Part shown: positions 7,445 to 15,277 of the stretch, piece after piece
Layout: each line of letters begins with the position of its first letter
Numbering within the stretch: the first letter of the stretch is position 1
Notes under the pieces: model-generated
Seen by the model: only the letters and a program-made list of their open reading frames with translations
What the model was told of the DNA's origin: nothing
Databases searched by the model: none
Assembly: GCA_964636325.1 (NCBI GenBank)
Contig: CAZWRV010000003.1
Location: 1,824-65,823 of the forward strand
DNA length: 64,000 nt
DNA from: an uncultured Victivallaceae bacterium
GTDB taxonomy: Bacteria > Verrucomicrobiota > Lentisphaeria > Victivallales > GWF2-50-93
Direction: 5' to 3'
Position numbers and translations under genes: made by a program

Positions 7445-9049
7445 ATGAAAAGAATTGTTTCTCTTTCCCAGGGCAGTCTGGCGAAGGGCTGGTCATCCGG
7501 GAAAAGTTTGTTCAATATAATATTCCTGGGTTCCGACGGCGGCGAAGACATCCAGACGCTTCGCCTGTCCCTCCGCAGGGTCATAGTCGCATGGCTATAC
7601 GGCTCCGCCTGGATGTATCTGGTCACCGGAGCCGCCTTCACGCGCTACGCGGAGCTGCTGGGCCTTTCTGAGTTCGGATTCGGCCTTCTTGCCGCGATTC
7701 CATTCATCGGGCCGATGATGCAGCTTCCCGCCAGCTACATGCTCGAGCGCTACGGCCACCGCAAGGAGATATTCCTCTGGACCTGCACGATCCACCGCTT
7801 CCTCTGGATCGTCATCGCCGCGCTTCCATGGCTGGTTCCGGCGTCATGGCAGTGGCCTGCGCTGGTGACACTGATGCTGATATCTTCCATTCTCGCGCAT
7901 TTGGCGACGCCGGCCTGGATGTCGTGGATGGCGGATCTGATACCTGCACGGATCAGAGGCCGCTATTTTTCGCGGCGCATCCAGTTCGGGCAGGCGGTCG
8001 GGTTCGTGATCTCGCTGCTCGCGGGCCTGGCGCTGGACTGGCAGACGTTCGCGCCATGGTTGTCCGAGCATTGCGGCATCAGCTTCTCGTATCCTGTCGC
8101 CGACCAGGCGCGGATGCTCCGCAATACGATCAGCTGCATGTTCGCCATCGCGGGGATCCTCGGGATGATAGACATCCTGATCTTCATCAAGGTGCCGGAC
8201 GAGAAGCACAAGCTGCACCGGCCGCAGTTCAGCCTCTCCGACCTCATTGTGAAACCGCTGGCCAACAGGAACTTCAGGCTCTTCCTGGGATATTCAGCGA
8301 CGATGACCTTCGCGACCGGCTACATAGGGCAGTTCGTATGGCTCTACCTCTTTAACGAGGTTGGCATGAGCAACTTCAAGGCCAACCTGATGCTCGTATG
8401 CATTCCGATCCTTGTCATGGCGTGCACCTATCCCGCCTGGGGCCGCATTGTGGACCGCTTCGGCTCGAAGCCGGCGCTCCTGATAGCGGGGCTCTTCGTA
8501 GTCAACGGCGCGACCGCCTGGGTCTTTGTGACGCGCGACCACTGGGTCCTCGGCTACATGTGCGCGATGATCGCGACGATGGCCTGGCCGGGGATGGATC
8601 TGGCGGCATTCAACCTGCTTCTCCGGATGACGGACGCCGGCGACAAGGGCCGCGCAAGTTCGGCGGTGATCGCGATCAACAGCTTCGTCGTCGCGGTCGC
8701 AGGCGTGCTCAGCGGCATATTCGGGGGCGCAGTGGCGGAATTTCTCGGGAAGAACTGGCATGCGACAGTCCTGGGATGGCCGCTGTCCTACCACGGCGTG
8801 CTCTTCATAATCTCCGCGTTCCTGCGTGCGGCCTCGCTACTCTGGCTCCTTCCGCTCAAGGAGACCAAGGGGGCGGCGCCGCGAGACGCGCTCCGCTACA
8901 TGGTGACCAACGCCTACTCCAACCTCCTGCAGGCGAGCGACTTCTCGATGCGGATGCTCATCACGATGGTCAAGCTCACCTGGAGGCTGCCTATCTCGAC
9001 CTACCGCCAGGTCGAACGCCTGATCGACGACGACGGCAAGGAACCCTGA
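7445..9049 (+). CDS. Polytopic membrane transporter, probably major facilitator superfamily
   Basis: There are about 12 hydrophobic segments in two halves, for example LLAAIPFIGPMMQLPASYMLERYGHRK and VCIPILVMACTYPAWGRIVDRFGSKPALL (D-R-x-G-R/K-like loops). No specific subfamily was recognised. The exact start is uncertain. Confidence 0.6.
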   Translation: MKRIVSLSQGSLAKGWSSGKSLFNIIFLGSDGGEDIQTLRLSLRRVIVAWLYGSAWMYLVTGAAFTRYAELLGLSEFGFGLLAAIPFIGPMMQLPASYMLERYGHRKEIFLWTCTIHRFLWIVIAALPWLVPASWQWPALVTLMLISSILAHLATPAWMSWMADLIPARIRGRYFSRRIQFGQAVGFVISLLAGLALDWQTFAPWLSEHCGISFSYPVADQARMLRNTISCMFAIAGILGMIDILIFIKVPDEKHKLHRPQFSLSDLIVKPLANRNFRLFLGYSATMTFATGYIGQFVWLYLFNEVGMSNFKANLMLVCIPILVMACTYPAWGRIVDRFGSKPALLIAGLFVVNGATAWVFVTRDHWVLGYMCAMIATMAWPGMDLAAFNLLLRMTDAGDKGRASSAVIAINSFVVAVAGVLSGIFGGAVAEFLGKNWHATVLGWPLSYHGVLFIISAFLRAASLLWLLPLKETKGAAPRDALRYMVTNAYSNLLQASDFSMRMLITMVKLTWRLPISTYRQVERLIDDDGKEP

Positions 9050-9098
9050 AAGGGGCCCGCAGTGAAATTCCGGAGGTGCCTGCGTCAGGCGGCAAGGC

Positions 9099-11069
9099 TT
9101 ATTTGAAGGACGGGACGACGATCCCCTTCAGAATGATGTTCTGGCAGAAGACGAAGACGAGCAAGGTGGGAACGGCGGAAACCACCAGCGACGCCATCAC
9201 CAGATAGTTCGGATAATTCTGCTGGAATTCATACAGGAAGACCATCAGAGTCCACATCTTCGGATCCTGGCAGGTGAGGAACGCGAACATGAAGGCGCTG
9301 TATGCGTGGGTGAACGCGCCGAGCGCGATTATCGCGAGGATGGGCTTTGTCATCGGCACCGCCATCCTGCAGAATATCGTGATTTCCGAGGCACCGTCTA
9401 TGAGGGCCGCCTCGTACATCTCCGAAGGCAGGCTGTCGAAGAAGCCCTTGAGCAGGAATATGCTGTATCCGTTGGCGAGGCCCGGCAGGACCAGCGCCGC
9501 GAAAGTGTTGAGGAGGCCGAGATCCTTAAGCAGCAGGAAGCTCGGTATCATTCCAACCGAATGGGGGAAGGCCATGGTCGCGAGCAGGAATAGCATTATC
9601 TTGTTGGTGTAGCTCAGCTTGTAGCGGGAGAGGGCATAGGCCGCGAGCGGATTCACCGTAAGTGCGCAGGCGATCGCCAGCACGACGAATACGATCGTGT
9701 TGAAGAGCGCCCTTCCGTGGACTGCGATCACATTGAACACCATCATGTAGTTGCCGGTCAGGTACTTCCAGAATATGGCCGACCTGCTGGCGCGGAACGT
9801 ATGGATGTCTATCCAGGGGGAGGGGAGCCTGATGTCGGCGGCGTCCCTGAAATCGGAGCCGTACCTCGCGTTGATGGCATCGAGCCCTCCGTATTTGCCG
9901 ATCAGGAAAGACTGGTACATAAGGGCAGGATCCTCGAAGCTTATCTTTTCGGCCGGGACTTTCTTCTCCATGAACTCGATCCATTCGTTGGCCTGCCCCG
10001 TGTAGTCCGTGTCCATCGGGCATGTCGGCGAGAACTTTATCGCGAGCTTCGCATCCCTGGTCTCCTTGGAGAAGTTGCGGTATTTTTCTTCAATGAAATC
10101 CTTGAAGGCCGGCTCCATCGAGGGATCGAGCTTAAGGAATATCACCGGGCACTTCTTCTTGATGAACTCCTCGCGGATGCCGTCGGCAAGAAGCTTTCTT
10201 GAGAATGCGCTGAAGAGGCTGATCTCCGAATGCCTGCGGATTCCGAGCCCTGTGGCCTTCCTTAGATCATCCATCATCGGGAACTTCTCCACGAGGAACT
10301 TCTGGAACGCCATCTCCGCGCTGACCACCCTTACCTTGCCGGCGGGCAGCGTCCTCTTGAACTCGGCCCAGTCGGCATATTTGCTGTCGAGCGGAAGCAC
10401 CCACCTCTGCCGCAGGGGATCCTCATAGGGCGGTGAAACCTGGCTGAACTCGTCCGCGTTCTCGACATATGCCCTGTTCAGCTCCTGGATGGTTCCGTAC
10501 TTCTTCTTCAGCCATTCCCTGTATTCGGGCTTCAGGTCGAGCACCGTGTACGTGCCTGATCCGGCGTCAGTGAAATAGGTGAACTTGTAGAGGTTCGGGC
10601 ACAGTTTGAGGAATTCGTCCCAGTCGGATGCGATCGCTCCGACCTTGGAAGGATCCTTCTCGAAATAGACGCTCAGCGGGTCTTCGAGCCGGGTGACCTT
10701 CCTGATATAGCACGTCTTGCCGGTCCTGTTCGTCCTCTCCACGTCGATTTCGCTCTTTTCCTGGTCGATGACTTCGGCTTCGACCTTGATGTCTATCGGA
10801 TGATACCAAGGATGGCCGTATTCGTAGCCGAGGAAGTTCGTCTTGCACTTGTCGACGATGTATTTCTTGAACAGCATCTTCTCGCTGAAAAGGTATCTAG
10901 GGACAAGCGTGAACTCGTGGTAGTCGGCATATGAGCATATCGAGCTTGAGACCATGAGTGCGAAAGGATAGACCATGGTTACTCCGCCGAGGCAGAGGAC
11001 CACGTAGAAGACGCCTATCAGCGCCGCCGACCTCAGGCTTTTCCTTCCTACGCTAGAAACGAGCGGCAT
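9099..11069 (-). CDS. Carbohydrate-type ABC transporter permease (MalG-like) with a ~400-aa extracytoplasmic insertion after TM1
   Basis: The C-terminal region carries the EAA loop SLPSEMYEAALIDGASEITIFCRMAVPMTKP within five TM segments. The N-terminal TM is LIGVFYVVLCLGGVTMVYPFALMV, followed by a long soluble region. At 656 aa it is about twice the usual permease length. Confidence 0.75.
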   Translation of the reverse strand: MPLVSSVGRKSLRSAALIGVFYVVLCLGGVTMVYPFALMVSSSICSYADYHEFTLVPRYLFSEKMLFKKYIVDKCKTNFLGYEYGHPWYHPIDIKVEAEVIDQEKSEIDVERTNRTGKTCYIRKVTRLEDPLSVYFEKDPSKVGAIASDWDEFLKLCPNLYKFTYFTDAGSGTYTVLDLKPEYREWLKKKYGTIQELNRAYVENADEFSQVSPPYEDPLRQRWVLPLDSKYADWAEFKRTLPAGKVRVVSAEMAFQKFLVEKFPMMDDLRKATGLGIRRHSEISLFSAFSRKLLADGIREEFIKKKCPVIFLKLDPSMEPAFKDFIEEKYRNFSKETRDAKLAIKFSPTCPMDTDYTGQANEWIEFMEKKVPAEKISFEDPALMYQSFLIGKYGGLDAINARYGSDFRDAADIRLPSPWIDIHTFRASRSAIFWKYLTGNYMMVFNVIAVHGRALFNTIVFVVLAIACALTVNPLAAYALSRYKLSYTNKIMLFLLATMAFPHSVGMIPSFLLLKDLGLLNTFAALVLPGLANGYSIFLLKGFFDSLPSEMYEAALIDGASEITIFCRMAVPMTKPILAIIALGAFTHAYSAFMFAFLTCQDPKMWTLMVFLYEFQQNYPNYLVMASLVVSAVPTLLVFVFCQNIILKGIVVPSFK

Positions 11070-11087
11070 GCTTTCCTCCTTGTTCCG

Positions 11088-13835
11088 TCAGGCGTTGTCG
11101 GCCCTTCCGGCCCTTTTGAACTCCACTTTTCCAAGGACCTGGAGCTGGAGCACGGTGAAACCGATCAGCATCGCCCCGAGTATCCAAGCCTCTGCGGTGG
11201 CGAAACCGAAGTTCAGGTAGAGGAACGAGTGGTACCAGATGTCGAGCCCTACCGTCATGGTCTTGTTCACGGGCCCGCCTCCTGTCATCACGAATATGTT
11301 CTCCGAGGCCTGGAACGCCCCGACGAAGGCGCCGAGGAAGTTGATCAGTATCAGCGCCTTGAGGTTCGGCACAAGTATGTGCCAGAACTTGTGGAGGAAT
11401 CCGGCGCCGTCGAGGTCCGCTGCCTCGTACTGGTCCTCCGGAATGCACTTCATGGCGGCGAGATATATCAGGCATCCGGGCCCAGCATGGGCCCATATGC
11501 CGGGGATTATGATGCAGACCATCGCAAGCCCAGGATCCTCCAGGAAATTCTGCGGCGAAATGCCGAAGAGGCCGAGTATCCAGTTCACGGCTCCGTCGGG
11601 CGTAGGATCAAAGAGCAGCTGCTTCCACAGGAACATCGTCACAAGTCCGGTGGTCACGGCGGGCAGGTAATATATGATCCTGAAGAGAACCCCGCCTCTA
11701 GGGATCTCCGTCAGCATTATCGCCAGTATGATCGGAACCAGGAAGCCCATTATGATGGAGAGGAACACATAATAGAAAGTCTGGAAGAGGAACTGCCAGA
11801 AGTTCTTCTCAAGCACCACCTCGATGAAGTTCTGCGTGCCGACGAAGGGGCCTCCTCCGAGTATCTTGAAGTCCTGGAACGCCATCAGCGAGCCCCTGAA
11901 CAGCGGGTAGTACTGCCAGACTGCTATCGAAAGGAACGCAATGGAGAGGAACGACCAGGCATAGATCGTCCTCCTCCGGCGTGTAAGCCCCGGTATGTAG
12001 AAGTCGACCGCCTTCTTCTGGCCTTTCATCTTTGAGCGGAGCATGTATGTGAACGCCAGGACAACGAGAAGGGCGGCAAGGGCTATTGCCCAGTACGAAT
12101 GCGCCTTGTACTTCCTCATCGTCTCCTCGGGGCGCTTGCCGAGGATGGTGGCGTTGACCTCGCGGCAGGTCTTCGCCATGAGGCCCTCCGCCGGCTCCTC
12201 CGGATAAAGTATAGCCATGTCCATCGGATGGCCAAGGCTAACGGTCATGACGTGCGTGAAGCCCCGGCAGTAGGGCTCCACCTCCGTGTTCTTGGCGACG
12301 GACTCGTTGATCTGGATCCATTCCCCGGGAAGATCGTTGTAGTAGTCGATATAGCCATATTTCTTGAGGAGGAACGGGCGGACATACTGGGCCATACCGT
12401 TTTCAACCATTGCCTTGACGCGCATCTGGATCGCCTCCTCGCTCGTCATGAACTTGATATACTGCCACGCGGCCTCCTGGCGTTCAGGCGGGGAAGTCCT
12501 GTTGACCGACAGGTACCATCCGGCGATGAAGCTCTTCACATCATGGCCTTTCCTGGGAGGGAAGGCTGTGAGGCTCCACAGCGTGAGATCGATGTTGGTG
12601 AGGGCGCCCATCGTGGTGATGCCCATGGCGGTCTCGTACCGTTCACCGCGCGTATTCCCGGTCGAACTCCTCGCGATGCCGTTGTAGATTCTGTTCTTCA
12701 CTCCCTCGGAGGAGAGGTCGTATTTCTCGCCGCAGACCGGACATACCGCCATAGAGGACTTCTTCATCTCCGGGGTGATGTCGAATTCGCGCTTCTCATG
12801 CTGCTTGAGGCACCTGAGCCACGGCTGAGTCGCAAGCTTCCTGTAGTATTCTAGCGCGGCGACACCGTTCTCATCGTCGCAGACGAGACGCCACTTGAGT
12901 TCCCTGACGCCTGAAAGATCCGCCCCGCATGCCTTGCACGCCTCCTTCGTTCCACCGGCATACGCCTGCTCATATTCCTTAAGGTTGATCGGGGTTATGC
13001 CGCAGGACATATAGTCGAAGTACGGCGGCTTGACCTCGGCCAGCGCCTTGCAGGAAGGGCATTCCTTGTAGCACTTGACGACATCGCCGCCGGCCGCCCA
13101 GATGAACTGGAGGAAATGCCAGCCCTGGAACATGCCCCTCAGAAGATTGAAGCCGTATGTCGGCAGCTGGTCTGTCACAGTGCCGGGCTCCTTCGACGGC
13201 ACGAAGGTCAGCTTCTTGCCCATCTCCCACATCTCGTCCCAGTCGCGCGGAGGCTTCGACGGATCAAGACCCGCCTTTATGAAAAGATCCTTCCGGTAGG
13301 TCAGGGACATGAAATAGTAGCTCTGCGGAACTGCATATATGCTGCCATCCTTTATGCAGAGTTCCCATACCTTGTCTGGCGCCTCGACCCCGTAATAGTC
13401 CTTCCCCTGATCCTTGAAATCCCTTCTGAAACGGTCGTTCAGGGGTGCAAGGAACCCCTGGTCTATGTAGTCGCCAACCTTGCGGCCGTAGAGGTCGAAG
13501 ACGTCGGGCGCCATCCCGCCGGCGACCGCCAGGAACTGATTGCCCTCCGCCCCGGCGCCCTGAATCTTGAGAGGAACTAGAGTCTTCACATCGATATGAG
13601 GGTGCTTCTTCAGAAAAAGATCGAAGACTTCCCGGTTCGCCTTCTGTTCGACATCCATGCTTCCCTTGGGCGGGATGTTCCAGAGGAGAAGGGTCAGCCG
13701 CTTAGACCCTTCGGATGCCGCCGCCGCATTATTGTCATCGGCCATCAGCTGCTGGCATGGGACATAGACGGTCGCCATGGCAGATGCAATAATGAAAAAC
13801 AAAAGGTTGCGGGTTGCCATCGGAGAACTCCCCAA
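11088..13835 (-). CDS. Fusion of an extracellular solute-binding protein (family 1-like) and an ABC permease (MalF-like)
   Basis: The N-terminal ~560 aa has a signal/anchor and SBP-like sequence (LTLLLWNIPPKG.., QFLAVAGGMAPDVFDLYG, SIYAVPQSYYFMSLTYRKDLF). The C-terminal ~340 aa has six TM segments and the EAA loop IPEDQYEAADLDGAGFLHKFWHILVPNLK. A Cys-rich insert (CYKECPSC, CKAC, CPVC) lies at aa 255-368. Confidence 0.75.
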   Translation of the reverse strand: MGSSPMATRNLLFFIIASAMATVYVPCQQLMADDNNAAAASEGSKRLTLLLWNIPPKGSMDVEQKANREVFDLFLKKHPHIDVKTLVPLKIQGAGAEGNQFLAVAGGMAPDVFDLYGRKVGDYIDQGFLAPLNDRFRRDFKDQGKDYYGVEAPDKVWELCIKDGSIYAVPQSYYFMSLTYRKDLFIKAGLDPSKPPRDWDEMWEMGKKLTFVPSKEPGTVTDQLPTYGFNLLRGMFQGWHFLQFIWAAGGDVVKCYKECPSCKALAEVKPPYFDYMSCGITPINLKEYEQAYAGGTKEACKACGADLSGVRELKWRLVCDDENGVAALEYYRKLATQPWLRCLKQHEKREFDITPEMKKSSMAVCPVCGEKYDLSSEGVKNRIYNGIARSSTGNTRGERYETAMGITTMGALTNIDLTLWSLTAFPPRKGHDVKSFIAGWYLSVNRTSPPERQEAAWQYIKFMTSEEAIQMRVKAMVENGMAQYVRPFLLKKYGYIDYYNDLPGEWIQINESVAKNTEVEPYCRGFTHVMTVSLGHPMDMAILYPEEPAEGLMAKTCREVNATILGKRPEETMRKYKAHSYWAIALAALLVVLAFTYMLRSKMKGQKKAVDFYIPGLTRRRRTIYAWSFLSIAFLSIAVWQYYPLFRGSLMAFQDFKILGGGPFVGTQNFIEVVLEKNFWQFLFQTFYYVFLSIIMGFLVPIILAIMLTEIPRGGVLFRIIYYLPAVTTGLVTMFLWKQLLFDPTPDGAVNWILGLFGISPQNFLEDPGLAMVCIIIPGIWAHAGPGCLIYLAAMKCIPEDQYEAADLDGAGFLHKFWHILVPNLKALILINFLGAFVGAFQASENIFVMTGGGPVNKTMTVGLDIWYHSFLYLNFGFATAEAWILGAMLIGFTVLQLQVLGKVEFKRAGRADNA

Positions 13836-13838
13836 TCT

Positions 13839-14891
13839 CTAGTTTTCCGGAGTTGCTCGTATATCGTCGAAATCGACCGTTCCTGTCGAATGGTAGATGC
13901 CGGGCTGCAGCCTTATTCCCGCGGCGCCTTCCGGCACCTCTCGGACCGCGGACATTTCCTTCCAGTCCTGATCGGCCTTGGCGAACGGGACTTCTCCGTA
14001 TCCGCCGACCTTCTGCCCTTTTGAGTCCGTGAAGATCAACATAACTCTGGCGTCATGATAGACTTCCGAACCGCACTTCAGATCCTTCGTCCGCATTTTA
14101 GCAGATATCCTGACTTTCTTCCATGAAGGGTCCAGTGCAAAAAAGTTTTCGGCGAAGACGTCCTTTTCCGGACTGCCGTTCCTGACACGCAGGAAGCGCA
14201 TGCCGTCCTCATCCTTGAGGGCGATCTCGGGATTGTCCTTCGTCTGCTGATCGTAGCTGACAATCCAGTTGGGCGGAGAGTTCGTCCTGAGCGTCCGGCG
14301 GTGGTCGAATCCGCCGGCGAGATCGAGCGCGGCTAGGGGGATGCACTTGTCGTTCGTCGCGAAGAGCCTCACGTCGGAGATGTCGAATTCCCCCACCGCT
14401 GCGGACATGTCGAATACCAGCTCGGCCGTCTTTGAATCGGGAGGGACCGGCATCGTCTCCCAGCGTTCGAACCATTTACCGCCGGTGCTGTCAGCCAGAT
14501 GGCAGAACGGCCTGTATTGGGCCTCACCGGCAGAATTGAAAAATACAAGCATGGCCCGGGGAACGTCGCCGGGCTTCGCGGCAGTCTTCTCGTCCAGTTT
14601 GTTCACTCTCATCCTGAAGCCAAGCGTCAAGCTCTCCCATTCCGGCTTGAGATCGAAGATCTGCTTGATGCTGGCATATCCGCCGGGCGCCGTATTCGAT
14701 ATCCTGGCAAAGGCGGCATCCGCTTCCTTTTCTATGGATACGCCCTTTCCGTATCTCCAGTCGGACGCCTTCCCGTCCTCTCCGACCTGCGAGAAGCCGC
14801 CGTTCCTGACCAGGTTTTCCGCCGCTCCTGAGGAGAGCGCCGCGAGCGCGAATGCCGCAGCGGCAATCATCATGATGGAAACCGCCTTCAT
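13839..14891 (-). CDS. Secreted protein with two tandem jelly-roll carbohydrate-binding-module-like domains
   Basis: It has a signal peptide MKAVSIMMIAAAAFALAALSSGAAE. It starts ENLVRNGGFS...W as in the CBM4_9/CBM22-type N-G-x-F-E motif. Each half ends in a G.(F/V)D(I/F).D(V/I)R motif (GEFDISDVRLF, GTVDFDDIRAT). Confidence 0.6.
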   Translation of the reverse strand: MKAVSIMMIAAAAFALAALSSGAAENLVRNGGFSQVGEDGKASDWRYGKGVSIEKEADAAFARISNTAPGGYASIKQIFDLKPEWESLTLGFRMRVNKLDEKTAAKPGDVPRAMLVFFNSAGEAQYRPFCHLADSTGGKWFERWETMPVPPDSKTAELVFDMSAAVGEFDISDVRLFATNDKCIPLAALDLAGGFDHRRTLRTNSPPNWIVSYDQQTKDNPEIALKDEDGMRFLRVRNGSPEKDVFAENFFALDPSWKKVRISAKMRTKDLKCGSEVYHDARVMLIFTDSKGQKVGGYGEVPFAKADQDWKEMSAVREVPEGAAGIRLQPGIYHSTGTVDFDDIRATPEN

Positions 14892-14968
14892 CTGTCCCCC
14901 TTCCGTTAAATTATTAGCCGTAACGATTCGTTAATTCAGGTTGGCAACCTAATAGCTGGCATATTGAA

Positions 14969-15268
14969 TCACTCCCCGGACAAATCCATCGCGGAGGAGT
15001 CCTTTTCCGAGTCAGGCATTCGGCCGCCGCCGATAAAAGATGGATGTTTATTGACATGGAAATGACGGCATGCCTCTTTTTCGACTTCCTCCTTTTCAAG
15101 CATTCTGCCGGCCAGGGAGCTTCGGGCGTCGCAGCATTTGTATCGGCGCCTAGTTTTGTCAAAAATCAACCAGCCGCAGTCAATGTGCCTTTTCATCTTA
15201 TCCTCCATAAGATCTGCCGTTCCGGCTGATGATGTCTGCCTCTTCAATGTCTTTGCCCCCAAGTCCAT
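14969..15268 (-). CDS. Possible small Cys/His-rich protein (99 aa) in the gap of the glycan locus
   Basis: The ATG lies 10 nt after the upstream GH stop and is preceded by GAGGG (TGAGGGCAAGCCATG). The peptide contains HIDCGW..YKCCD..ACRHFHVNKH. G+C is lower than in neighbours and no family was recognised. Confidence 0.3.
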   Translation of the reverse strand: MDLGAKTLKRQTSSAGTADLMEDKMKRHIDCGWLIFDKTRRRYKCCDARSSLAGRMLEKEEVEKEACRHFHVNKHPSFIGGGRMPDSEKDSSAMDLSGE

Positions 15269-15277
15269 GGCTTGCCC

